A DNA stretch of 64,000 bases from an uncultured Nitrososphaerota archaeon (GTDB lineage: Archaea; Thermoproteota; Nitrososphaeria; Nitrososphaerales; Gagatemarchaeaceae): assembly GCA_963703285.1 (NCBI GenBank), contig OY969807.1:2016001-2080000 (forward strand), given 5' to 3'. The notes under the pieces were generated by a model, which worked only from the letters and a program-made list of their open reading frames with translations, searched no databases and had not been told where the DNA came from. Shown in pieces: positions 38,692-51,200 of this stretch. The translations under genes were made by a program, and so were the position numbers. Position 1 is the stretch's first letter, and the number at the start of each line of letters is the position of its first letter.

Positions 38692-39336
38692 ATGCAAGAA
38701 GGGAGACGGTCCCCATCTCAGAGGGAGGGCGCGGGGCTCTTTGAAGGCGGGAGCCCACATCCTCAGGGCGCTCCGAGGGGTCTGCTTCAGTTCTACGCCA
38801 TTCTTAGCATCGCTCGCAAGCCGATGCGAGGCTACGACATCATGAAGGAGATCGAGAGCAAGACCGAGGGAGCCTGGCGGCCCGGACCCGGGGCGGTGTA
38901 TCCCGTGCTCCAGAAGCTCGCGAATCAGGGTTACATCAAGGTTCAGAAGGAGGCGAAGGGTGGCGCGCCCCGCGTCCTCTACGAGATAACGCCTGCCGGG
39001 CTCGAGAACATCGCCAACGCCAAGAAGATGATGAAATCGTCCACGGAACGGCTGAACCTCATGGGGAGGCTCTTCATCGACGTTATGGAGCCGGAAGACC
39101 TGGTGAGGTTCGTCCTCAACTCTTCGCAAATCCATATCGAGCTCGTCCGCATGATCATCGAATCCGAGAGAAGCGGCCTCAGCGACGAGGACAGGCTGTT
39201 CGTCCTTCGCCAGTACAGACTGAACCTGGAGAGGGAGCTTACCCACGCGGCGGCCCTGATCAAGAAGATGGAGGGTCGAACCGCCTCCGGGAATCACCTC
39301 GCCGGGGAAGCGGCGTCAGAGGGGAGAGGGCCTTGA
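38692..39336 (+). CDS. PadR family transcriptional regulator
   Basis: PMRGYDIMKEI, PGPGAVYPVLQKL, YEITPAG. Confidence 0.92.
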   Translation: MQEGRRSPSQREGAGLFEGGSPHPQGAPRGLLQFYAILSIARKPMRGYDIMKEIESKTEGAWRPGPGAVYPVLQKLANQGYIKVQKEAKGGAPRVLYEITPAGLENIANAKKMMKSSTERLNLMGRLFIDVMEPEDLVRFVLNSSQIHIELVRMIIESERSGLSDEDRLFVLRQYRLNLERELTHAAALIKKMEGRTASGNHLAGEAASEGRGP

Positions 39337-40388
39337 GCGCAACCACGCTGGCCTCGCCCGACCTGACCGCCGGAGGCGAGCCCATGATCAGGGTCGAGAG
39401 CCTGACGAAGAAGTTCGACGACTTCGTGGCGGTCGACAGCATCTCCTTCGATGTCAGGAAGGGCGAGATATTCGGCCTGCTCGGTCCCAACGGTGCAGGC
39501 AAGAGCACGACCCTGCGGATACTCTCCACGCTGGCGAGGCCCACCAAGGGGACGGCTTCGATTGGGGGCTACGACATCGTCAGGGACGACACCGAGGTTC
39601 GCAAGCTGATCGGCATCGTCTCCGAGAAGATGATAATGTACGATCGCCTGACGGCGAGGGAGAACCTCTGGTTCTTCGGAAGCCTCTTCGACATTCCTAG
39701 GGACGTGATGAAACCAAGGATCGACGAGCTCCTGGAGCTGGTCAAGCTGACCAAGTGGAAGAACGCACAGGTGGGGACGTTCTCGACCGGGATGCGGCAG
39801 AGGATGAACGTCGTGAGGGCCCTCCTGAACATGCCCCGCGTGCTGTTCCTGGACGAGCCGACCCTGGGACTGGACCCCCAGGCCTCCGTCGAGATTCGGG
39901 AGTTCGTGAAGAAGCTCAACAGGGAGAACGGGACCACGATAATCGTGACGACGCACACGATGGTCGACGCCGACATGCTCTGCGACCGCATAGCCATCAT
40001 CGACCACGGGAGGGTGGTCGCCCTGGACACCTCGGGCAACCTGAAGAAGCTGGTCTCCGGGGAGGACTCCACCGTCCTGAAGCTGGAGATCGCAAATCTC
40101 ACGACCGACCTCCTCGTGTCCCTCCGAACGCTCGACTGCGTGAAGTCCGCCTCTCAGGAGAGCTCCACCCAGATTCGGGTGATTGCGCGCGGCGACGACG
40201 CGTTCGACAGCGTGATTGACGCGGTGAGGAGGAAGGGAGGGAGGATAACGTCGATGGAGAACGTGCAGCCGACGCTCGAGGACGTCTTCCTGCACCTGAC
40301 GGGGCACGAGGTGAGAGACAGCGCCGACAGGAAGATCCCGCTGCAATCGCGCCATGGATTCGGCGCCGGGCCAGGGAGGATAAGGTGA
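39333..40388 (+). CDS. ABC-2 (DrrA-like) ATP-binding protein
   Basis: GPNGAGKST, FSTGMRQR, LDEPTLGLDP, PTLEDVFL. Confidence 0.95.
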   Translation: MSATTLASPDLTAGGEPMIRVESLTKKFDDFVAVDSISFDVRKGEIFGLLGPNGAGKSTTLRILSTLARPTKGTASIGGYDIVRDDTEVRKLIGIVSEKMIMYDRLTARENLWFFGSLFDIPRDVMKPRIDELLELVKLTKWKNAQVGTFSTGMRQRMNVVRALLNMPRVLFLDEPTLGLDPQASVEIREFVKKLNRENGTTIIVTTHTMVDADMLCDRIAIIDHGRVVALDTSGNLKKLVSGEDSTVLKLEIANLTTDLLVSLRTLDCVKSASQESSTQIRVIARGDDAFDSVIDAVRRKGGRITSMENVQPTLEDVFLHLTGHEVRDSADRKIPLQSRHGFGAGPGRIR

Positions 40389-40394
40389 GTCCGG

Positions 40395-41594
40395 ATGGGG
40401 GCCAAGAGTCTTCTTTCGCACAGCTTCAGAATCGCCTGGAAGGACCTGGTCGAGCTCAAGAGGAACAGGTTCGGTCTGGTCCTGCTCATCGTGATGCCCC
40501 TGTTCATGCTGGCGCTGGTCGGTTTCATCTACCCGACGAGCGGGAGTTCGGTCAGCAACGTCCCCGTCGCGGTCGTCGACCTGGACACCGGTTACCACAA
40601 CTCGACGATAGGGAGCCAGACCTTCGTCTCGGTCCTGGACCAGATCAACGGCAAGACGGGCATGATGAAACTCTCGTCCGTGCCGAGCGTCTCCGACGTC
40701 AGAACCTCGATCCAGAGCGGCAAACTCGAAGGCGCGATCATAATCCCGAGCAACTTCACGCAAAGCCTCCTCAGCGGTAAGCAGGGCGCGGTGACTATCA
40801 TGACCGACCAGTCCAACCCCCAGGTGTCCGCCACCATTCAGACGCTCTTGTCCGGGGTCTTCGGCGAGATGAGCACGGCGTTAGCCCAGCAGAACGTCCA
40901 GGCTCTCAGTCCGACGGTCAACGCGACCGACTCCCTGGCGATAGTCCAGCCATACAGGGTTCAGATGCAGGGCGTCGTTCCCGGTGCCTCCAACTACTTC
41001 GACTTTCTCGCTCCAGGCATAATGGCCATGGTCGTCATGATGAGCGTCATGACCGGCCTGCCCGGTGCGATATCTCAGGAGAAGGAGATCGGCACCATGG
41101 ACGGCATGATGGTGGCCCCCATAAACAGGCTGTCGGTCATCCTGGGGAAGACCCTCAGCCAGACGGTCAGAGGAATGCTCCAGGGAGCCATAATCCTGGT
41201 TCTGGCGGTCCTGCTGTTCGGCGTGACCATACATGGGAACGTCATCCTGGTCTTCGGATTGCTTCTGCTGGGCGTGTTCAGCTTCGTCGGTCTGGGGATA
41301 GTGCTTACGTCGTTCGCGAAGGACCAGCAGACCGCAACGATGCTGATGACCACGCTGATGTTCCCGATGATGTTCCTCAGTGGTGTGTTCTTCCCGATAC
41401 AGCAGATGCCCTGGTACATGCAGGACATATCGAAAATCCTTCCGCTCACCTACGCATCGGACGCCCTGAGGAAGGTCATGGTTCTGGGCGCTGGGATAGG
41501 AGACATCACCACGGACCTGGCGATTTTGATAGCTTTCGGAGCTGTGCTGACCGCGATCGCCGTCCCCGTGTTCAGGCGACAGATGACAAGGTAG
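40395..41594 (+). CDS. ABC-2 type permease
   Basis: EKEIGT..MVAPI, FLSGVFFP, LPLTYASDALR. Confidence 0.93.
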   Translation: MGAKSLLSHSFRIAWKDLVELKRNRFGLVLLIVMPLFMLALVGFIYPTSGSSVSNVPVAVVDLDTGYHNSTIGSQTFVSVLDQINGKTGMMKLSSVPSVSDVRTSIQSGKLEGAIIIPSNFTQSLLSGKQGAVTIMTDQSNPQVSATIQTLLSGVFGEMSTALAQQNVQALSPTVNATDSLAIVQPYRVQMQGVVPGASNYFDFLAPGIMAMVVMMSVMTGLPGAISQEKEIGTMDGMMVAPINRLSVILGKTLSQTVRGMLQGAIILVLAVLLFGVTIHGNVILVFGLLLLGVFSFVGLGIVLTSFAKDQQTATMLMTTLMFPMMFLSGVFFPIQQMPWYMQDISKILPLTYASDALRKVMVLGAGIGDITTDLAILIAFGAVLTAIAVPVFRRQMTR

Positions 41595-42229
41595 CCATTT
41601 CAGGCCGCCATCTAGACGGGAAGAATCAAAGCTCCCCCAACTGGAACAGGGGACTCGAACAGAAGACTGAAGCAGGTGGTCTCCCTGGCCTCTAGACTCA
41701 TCTCTCAGTCTTCGGAGCCAGTCTTGGTATTTGGGAGTTCTTCCAATTGTCTTATCGACTGCGTCAAGTTTCACTCAATCTTCGACGCCCAGAACATTCC
41801 GAGCTGAAACAAAGGACGGTCGACGAAGTCCTCCCGCCGCAGAGGGGCTCCTTCCGCGCCCCAAAACTCATTTTACAGAGCTCCCAAATTTCCCAAGTTA
41901 TTGATACAAATGACTCGAAAAATTGCGTTGGCTACCCTCTTCTCCCCAATCCTATGAATATCCTTCATTTAGTAATTGCCTTTCTTGCAATTCCGGAATT
42001 CGCATAACATATGCTAGGTTGTTAAATACGTTTAATCTAACTCGTACGTGAGTTGGTGACTGCCTGAAGGGGTCCGATGGTGGAGAACCTCGCTTCAAGC
42101 CCGCTATCTTTGACTTCGATGGACCGCCAACCTCACCCGTTTCCTTCCTAGCACGGCTAGCATCAGGCCCGTCGGTCTGCGCCGCGCCCAACCTCAAGCG
42201 GGTCGAACTGGACGACGGGCAAGGACAGA

Positions 42230-45200
42230 TTGGTGAATAGAATGGATATCAAACCAGAAGCAACGGCCAACACGATAGTCCTCCCGGCTCCTAGCCAGGA
42301 GGTCCAGACGCTGCCCCCGAGGTTCATCGTCGGGCAGCTGCCGGTGACGCTCGTACAGAGCTGGGCGCCGGCGTGGTTCTATAGCGCGCTCAACTGGCTG
42401 GGCAAGTCGTACTACGACGCGAGCAACGTCCAGCAGAGCTTCAACGACTACATGGTAGGGTCGGACGTCGACCCCTACTCGAGCCTCGGCTCCACGCGCC
42501 TCTTCGTCATAACGAAGCTCCAAGAAATATTCCAGCTCACCCTGGCCTCGGACTCGAGCTCCAACGCGCCGCTCTCTGGCGGGACCACGTATCCGAACAC
42601 CGATGAAGGGATCCTGCAGATGTACCAGGCCCTCTCGGCGAGCCCGATCTTCTCCTCGGTGAACTACTGCTACGTCCCGGGCCGTCTCGCCGCCGACGTC
42701 AACCCCGACGCCTTCGCGACGTTCGCGGTCGCCGAGGGCCTCGAGAGCGGCTACGACACGGCCTCCGGGCTGAGGACCATCGTTCTCGGCTCTGCCGTCT
42801 CCCAGGTGGTCCCCCTCGACGACTTCCTCCAGACCCAGAACGAGCAGATCTACGACGACAGCCCCGTCATAGTGCCGCTCGTCACGGCCCTGGTCTACGA
42901 CTTGACCCAGTACAACACGGTGGGGGCTACGACCTTCCTCCTCCCCGTCTACTACACCCGCGACCAGGTCTCGCCGGCTACCTACTACGTCAGCCGGCTG
43001 GGGTCGACCACGACGGTGGCCGGCCAGACCGCTAACTGCGGCCAGACGGCGCTCTTTCCGGGCGGCGCCGGCTACAGCGGCGCGAGCGCGACCTCGCTGA
43101 CCGTGCAGACGACCTCGGTCGTCTCCTCGGGGGGAGAGACCTTCACCACCTACAACTTCGGGACGGCGACGGCTGTGACGACCTCGACCCTGAGCCCGAG
43201 CGTGGAGACGGGCGTGATGTCGCTGACCTACTCCGGTTCCTCGCCCTCCACCATCTTCGCCGCCCAGGGGATAATCGGCTTCTACCGCGATTCGTCCTGG
43301 ACCACGAGCCTCGGCGTGCCCATCTACGACTTCGGGGCGCAGAACTCGTCATTCACCGCCGCGACGCAGGCGCTCGTCACGCCCGCCACAGTCTACGACC
43401 CCACGAATCCCTTCCTCAACGGCGGGTCTCTGCCGAACGTCATCCACAAGCTGACCCAGGCAGCGTACGTCTACTCGACGGACGAGCTGGTCTCGATACT
43501 CGATACCGCCATCGCGGCGAAGGACACCGACAACGGCGCCGGGCTCAGCGTGACGACGGCCGCGCTCGAATTCGACATGAGCTCCAACCCCGCGGCTTCA
43601 GTCGTAGACCAGCTCACGGTGCCGGTGACCGTTACGGTAACTACGACTCCGACGCCAGTGAAGCTTCCGACATTCAACGCGACGACGGTGGCCGTCAATG
43701 AAGCGGGAATCAGCGCTGCGGCGGCCCAGCCCGCGACCGGCGTGGCGGTCCTGGCGCAGTCCCCCGCGAACGCGTCCGTCGCGCCAAAGACCATGGATGT
43801 GGCCGCGCCCGCAAAGTCAGCGGCGATGGCGGCCGCCCCGACGGCGACCATCAGCAAGACGCTGGCCACCGTCAACCTCTCGCAGTTAATCGGCTCCGGC
43901 GCAAGCGCCCCCGGCCAGAGCCAGCTCGGCCCGGTGACGGTCCAGGTCGGACTGAGCGCGTCCATCCCGCGCGAGGCGCTCAGCGGCACGGGCATCACGG
44001 GCATCGAGATAGGCACGGCGTTCCCCCAGCAGCCGCTCGGGGCCGGCGCGGCGTTCGAGGCGGTGACCGCGGGCATGGCTTTCAACCTGATGGACCGCCA
44101 CAGCGCGACCCCGTCTCTGGCTCCGGTCGACCTCGCGACCTCGACGGCCGGCTACGCGTTCGCCGACGGGGTGTACTACGTGCTCTCGCTCACAGGGGCG
44201 AACCTGACGGTCCGCGGTTCCGACGATTCGTCCGCCACCAGCGAACCCACCCTGCCGGGCTCCCCCGACCCCAGCCACACCTACGTCGGGGCGATGGTCT
44301 ACTCCTCATCCACGGCGTCCGTCACCCTCTACCCCCTGCTGCAGCTCACGCTGCCGGCACCGAGCGTGGGCTCTCACGGCGTCCTCCAGGGCGGGATCTA
44401 CAGCGTCCGCCTGACCTTCGGTGACGCGAACAGCCAGTACGACGTCGTCGACTCGACGCAGACGGTCCTTGACTCCAACGTCACCGTCCCCAACCCCAAG
44501 CCCGCCGATGGCTCGAACCCGCAGTCGGGCGACCTCTACTTCGGCAGCTTCATGGGCGGGGCGAGCGTGATGACCGTCTGGTCGGTCCCCGTCTTCCTCG
44601 CCGTGGAACCGTCGCAGCTGCCGGGCGCCAGCTACAACGGGACCATGACACTGGACGCCCTGACGAGCGGCCTCCCCGGCTACCAGCTTCAGATCACCGA
44701 CAGCTCGCTCTTCGTCTACTCGAACATCAACGTCGACACCGACGCCATCGGCTCGGTCAGCGCCAAGAACGTCTACCTTGCGAGCGCTGTAATCAACTCC
44801 TCCCCCGACGACCTCTCCCCGGAGGCCTTCGCGCCCTCCAAGCTCGTGATGGGGCTAGTCCGCCAGGCCCAGATGGGGACGGTCCTCAAGTACGTCTTCG
44901 TGCCCGAGGACGACAGCGTCGTCATCGGCGGGACGCGCTACATGCTGAGCGTCATCAACCTGGGGGACGTCGACGGCGACCCCAACTCCCGACCCTATCC
45001 CCCCGTCTACTGGCCCCAGATGCAGTACTGGCAGTTCGCCAACCGCCACGACCCGTACCTCGCCGTCGAGTACACCGGAGCGACCGAGCAGGACCGCATC
45101 AGCCAGGCTCAGTCCGACACGGTCCGGATCGGCCTTCAGACGTCCCAGGCGCAGGAGCCGATGCAGATGTACCTGGACACCGCCGGGATGACGGTCTGGC

Positions 45201-48200
45201 CGATCTACCCGTTTCCCTACGCGACGTCCACGCAGAGCGTCGACCAGGGGAAGCTAAACGTCATCACGAGCACCATCCGGCAGATCCTCGCAACGACCTT
45301 TCCTACGACGGCCCCGTTCGCCGCTGGCCCCCTGGACGCGGAGCAGATCACCCTTCCCGCCTCGCTGCAGCAGAACAACCCGTTCACCGCCGGGACGGCG
45401 GCCACGACGAACCCGAACCCCTCCGCCAGCGACGCCATCACCCAGCTGGTGTCGGAGCCCTCCACCACCGGCCTTGAGGTGATGAACCTCAGCCCCGACC
45501 TCGTCGCCAACACGTCCGTCACGGACATCGGCGCGCGGCAGAGCCTCCAAGACCTGCAGTCCCAGCAGACGGACGCCAGCCTGTCCAGCGGCAAGAGCCT
45601 CGCCCCCCAGGTCGACGTCGTGCAGGTTCGCTCCACCACCGCGGCTGCGACGACGGCCGCCGTAGCGTTCGGCCGCCAGTTCCAGCCCATCTTCGGGTTC
45701 TCCGTCTACAACCCCGGCACCGGCGAGGCCTACATCGTCGAGGTGGTCGACGCGGACCTGGACATCCCGGACCAGCTCCCCGACCCCACCAAGAACGTGA
45801 CCTACGACCCCTACTACGTCCGCGTGGTCTTCCTCAGCAACCTTACCTGCTACAACATGTCGATAATCGTCCCGTCGTTGGTCCGCGACCAGTACCAGTA
45901 CTTCGCCCATCAGGGGACCTCGTACCAGAACCTGCTCAGCAAGACGAACGAGCTCGACATCGGATACGTCTACTCCCTCTACGACAACAGCAACAACTTC
46001 GACAGCCTGAACTTCAGCCCCTATCCCGCCACCACACAGCTCTCGTCGCTCAGCCCGTCGGAGACCTACCTCTACACCAACTTCCCATACTCCACCAAGC
46101 AGACCACTCTCTTCAGCCCGACGTCCCTCTTCGCGAGCTACTCGACCTTCGTGGAGCCGGTCGCGACAGGGGAGACCGCGACAATGGACGAGAGGTTGGA
46201 GGTTGAGAAGTCCGTGGCGTTCGACGCCTCCAAGATCTCCTTCATCCGATTCGCATCGCCCCCTGCGTACTTCGTCTGCAGGCGCGAGAACTGGAACGCG
46301 GACTGCCACCTGATGCAGGCCACGAATCCCGAGGGAACTTCGATCTACCTGGCGTTCGGAGGCGGAGACCTCGTGCCCTTCAGGCTGGACGACACCGTCA
46401 CGGTCGACAAGCGCCAGCCCGCGCACATGTACGAGTTCACCTACACCTTCGCCGACCAGCAGTACGACTCGGCGCAGACGATCTCGGTGGCAAACACGCC
46501 CTACGTCGTCGCCGTCGCTACCAACAACGGTGTCACATCGTACACCAACTTCTCGATCAACTCCACTTCGGGCACGGCCGACATCCAGATAGGCGGCAAC
46601 GCGACGCTGCAGTTCCCCACGCAGGTCTACATCGTCGGCGAGGCGAGCACCACGCTGACCTCGATTTCAGATATCAACCTCGCACTGGGCACCGGATTCA
46701 CCGACACCGGGGACTTCCTGAACCAGGACGCGCAGGGGAACCTGACGAATCAGGAATTCCAGGTACTCACCTACAACAACCTCGTCTACCTGATTCGGGC
46801 GGTCTCCAACGTCAAAGCGCTCGCCGCGGTAGGCGAGATCAAGATTGACAAGAAAGGCAAACGCGTGGTCGTGGCCGAAGGCGCGGTCTCGGGACTCCTG
46901 ATCGACACCTACGTCCCCGCGACGACGGGCAACCTCGCCCTGGCGCAGGGCGCGCGCTACCAGCGCAGCGGGCTGCAGTTCTTCGGGGCTTCCTACACGC
47001 CCACGACGATGCAGGACAGCCTCGACACGCTCAACTTCACCAGCATCACGGGTGGCACGTTCTACGCGCCGACTATCTTCATCCCCATCCCCGAGCTCGA
47101 CAGCACCAAGGGCTTCGTCGCCAACCTCTCCGACTACCTCGGGCAGCAGATCTGGACGTTCATCTATCCCGAGATCGTGGCGCAGCCAGACACCACGGTC
47201 AACGGCGTCAAGTATCCGAATGGCTACAACCTGGACGGCGACGGGAAACCGATACTCAGCCTTCAGAAGCTCCACTTCGTCTACGACCCCATAGCCGTCA
47301 TGTTCACCACCAACGACCTGGCGCACAAGTACCCTCTGCTCCCCAAGGTGCAGATCCTCGCCCTGACCAACGGACAGATTCAGGAGGGCATCTGCTGGCG
47401 CACCGCCAACGTCCAGCCCCAGCGCCTTCCCCCGGCGAACATCCTCGCCCAGCAGATCCTCACGGAGGGCCTAGTGATGGACGCGACCAACATCGTCTAC
47501 TCCTCCCACAACCGCTCCGTCATCACCGCGGCCGGCCCCGGCTACATGGGCATGTCAGTCAACAGCTTCGTCTCCGTCTCAGGGGTCGTCTACAACATCG
47601 AGGAGGGTGCCCTCTCCGAGTCGACCGACCAGACCGATCAGGGCCTCATATCGGCCGTCGCCTCCGTCTCGAACATGCTCGTCTCAGTGCTCTTCGACTA
47701 CGACAACAACGACCTCGGCACCCTGACCGACTACGACGAGCGCCTTTCGACGAAGGGCGTCGTCTTCCTCAACGGTTACCTGAGCGCCACGGGCTACAGC
47801 TTCTCGAGCCCCGACCACTTCGACGTCAACGACGTCCTCCCGTCCCAGGTCCCGCTGCTCGAGGAGGTCGCCGACATCTTCGGCTGGGACGTGGCCTTCT
47901 ACAACATGGACGCCAGCCTGCCTCGTCAGTTCTGGAGCCTGACCTACGACACCTTCACTGCGCCGGGGCTGCCGAACTACACCCCCAACGTCCCGCCACC
48001 GCCCGTGGACCCGACCTTCTTCAACCGCACCCGTTCGCTCGTCCTCAGCCTGCAGAACCCTGTCCGTCCCACCCAGCTCGGTCTAATGGACACCTACAAC
48101 TCCGTCGTCTCGGCCAACCTCCACCTTGAGAACGGCGTCACCGGCTCCATCTTCCTCAGCAAGAAGGCGGACCGCGACATCGCCTCGATTGGGTCCAACG

Positions 48201-51200
48201 CGACCGAGCAGGGGGCCAACCAGGTCTACGGACTCCCGACGAAATACGACTTCTTCATCTTCTCCAAGGACCACTACTGGACCCTGAAGGGCGCCTACTT
48301 CGAGCTCGTCGACAACGGCTACGCGATGTGCCTGGTGGACGACGGCTCGGGGACGGGGACCAAGGTGGCCAAGTACTACATCGACCAGGACGGCAACTAC
48401 AATGAGCTGCTCAGCTACGTAATTTATACGCCGAACGGGGGCATCATCGAGTCCTCAACCTTCGCGGTCAAGGTGACGCTTGGCGCGCCGGCCAACCCGG
48501 GCGCGACCCCGGCGATCCCAGAGACGCCAAACAACGTCAACCCCCAGGACGTCGTGGCGCAGATAAATAAGGTCTCGAACCTGGTCTACGCCGCGTTCGG
48601 GCCCTCCTCCCCGGGACAGCCGCCGGCGTACATCCCCATCCAGGCCGTCGGCGGCGAGGTGCAGGCCACCCCGATCCTCGGTCCGCCGGGCTTCAACGGG
48701 TACGCGCTGAACGTACTAGGCGCGAACAGCCAGCCGGTCCAGATCTCGCAGATATTCTCCGCCAACGTCGCCTACAACATCGCCGGTCCGACGACCATCG
48801 TCCCCTACAGCCAGAAGAGCGAAAAGGCGGTGCCGTTCTACGGCTCAATCTCGCACGGGCTGGACAAGATGGTCCCCGTCGCAGTCCTCAGGTCGGCGGA
48901 CCTGACCTCGTACATACCGGCTACGACAGTCCCAGCAGGGCCCACAACGGGATTGTACGGGGGGAATGGGCTTGGCGGACTCATCGGAACGCCCTTCAGC
49001 TTTGCATTCCAGGGGTCCGGAGCAATCCCGCCCGCCATCGCCAGCAACCCGACCCCGGGGACGACGATGAAGGCGGACAGCCAGAATCTTCTACACATTC
49101 AACGCCGTGAGCGCCACGGTCATGGACTCCACGGGCAAGTCGGCGAGCGCCAGCGGCGGCCAGTACTTCGTCGACACGACGGACCCGGCGAACCCCATCT
49201 ACGGTGTCGTCACCCTCCCCAAGTTCCTCTTCAACGGGAACACTTACACGGTCAACCTGAGCACAACGCTCTCCGACGGCGTGACCTCCAAGTACACGCT
49301 GGTCGTCGGTGGGCAGAGCTTCCCCTTCAGCTCCGGCAACCAGGTCACGGCCGACAAGACGACGTTCACCTTCAACAAGGCCGTCGGACAGATCTACACC
49401 GTCACCTACGCGGCGGTCGACGCACCCGCCGGGAGCGAGGCTCCAACGCCGATCACCTTGACACCCTTCTCCATAGCCGCGGGCGGCCTCCCCATCGCGA
49501 TCATCGACGTCTTCAACAACCCGGGAGGGCTGAAGGACATCCTCCTCGGCGTGATAGGACGGCTGTACACCTACGACCCGATCAACGCCCTCGTCACCGT
49601 CAGCGAAGGGGCCACCACGACGGTTGTCCCCCTCATGACGGGAATAACGGTCACATCGAACAGCGGCTACGGCTACGTGATCAGCATCAACGACAACGTC
49701 TACACCGTCAACGACGGCCCAACCTATCCGTACCCCGCCTCCACGATCGGCACGCCGGCCGCTTACCCCCTGATGACGGCGCCGCAGATGTTCACGATGG
49801 GCGGGAACTTCTACACCTTCGACCAGAGCGGCGGGAACTACGTCAGCGTCACGGGCAACGGCCAGACCTACCCCGTCAACCTCTACCAGTTCTCGATCAA
49901 CGGCGAGGTATACATCATCAACACCAACGTCCAGCCAAACACCGTCGTGGGCGGAGGGAACGTCTACACGATGGAGGCGTCCAACACCCAGTTCGAACTC
50001 AACGGGGTGCAGTACACCATCATCATGAAGACCTCGCTCAGCGGTGCGACGGTCTCCGGGCAGTTCAACATCTCTCAGGGGAATGTCGTCGTAATCGAGG
50101 ACTACGTCTACCAACTCGACACGCTCAACGGGCAGATCGTAGGGAACGGCACGACGTACCCACTGACCACCTCGGGGTTCACGTACACGATCACGACCTC
50201 GAACAACAGCTTCACCGTGACAACCGAGCCGAACGCGGCGACGGTCACGATAGGGGGCGTGGTCTATCTAATCAACAACACCACGGTGGTCGCCGACGGC
50301 ATCACCTACCCCATCCTCGTGTACAGGAGCTTCGTCGACGGCGGGACGACGTTCGACATCGGGCTGGAAGGCACGGTCTCCGTCCCTCCGCCGCTCTCGC
50401 TGACGGGGTCCGCGCCCTACACCGGGGCGACCTTCACCGACGGTTCCGAGACCTACACAGTGAACGAGTCGGCCGCCTTCGACGGCACGTCCTACTACCT
50501 GATGACCGGGACGCCGCCCCAGTTCGCCACGGCCGGCCTGACCTACACGGTCCGGACCGACGGCGTCTCCATCGCCGCAGGGCCTGCGCCGACGTTCATC
50601 GTCGACGCGACCGGGCCGCTATCTCCCAACCAGTTCACCTTCGGGGCTGAGACGATCTACTTCGGGCGGACCACCGACGTGGCCGCGTTCGACGGGACGA
50701 ACTTCTTCGCCATCGCGGAAAACGAGTTCACCGACACCAACACCGGACTCACCTACAGCATCAGCGGGAACACCGCGGTCAACCAGGGCAACAGCTATGA
50801 GATCTACAGCAACCTGGGCCAGAGTCCGTACTTCGAGGTGCCGGGCGGCCCCACCTACTACGTCAACGTCGCCGTCGCGGATTCGGGCACGGCGACGGGG
50901 AACATCTACAGCGTCTTCCCCATCAACGGCGGGGTCTTCACCATCCCGCTCGTCTACACCATCACGGTCTCGGGCAGCACCGTGACGGTGAGCGCGTCGA
51001 CCTTCACGGGCGGCCCGACCGCGACGTCCACCCTGACCGCGGCCGCCGGGTCGCTTACCGGCGGATACTTCACCGACCCGGTCACGAAGATCACCTACAC
51101 CTGCGTCGTCGACGCCGGCGTCGTTACCTTCGTGGACTCGAACAACGCGGTCTATCCCTACCCAGCGCCCAGCACGACGAACACATTCGTGGCCTCCGTG

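Noticed and set aside
41631-41660. gctcccccaactgga...ggactcgaac as a tRNA-derived att site
   Set aside because: Resemblance needs a several-base insertion, and no partner copy or tRNA is in the window.
49089-50650. C-terminal ~520 aa of the 2806 aa ORF as real protein
   Set aside because: R/H/G-rich off-frame translation after the frameshift; the coding-style frame is the one continuing to 58484.
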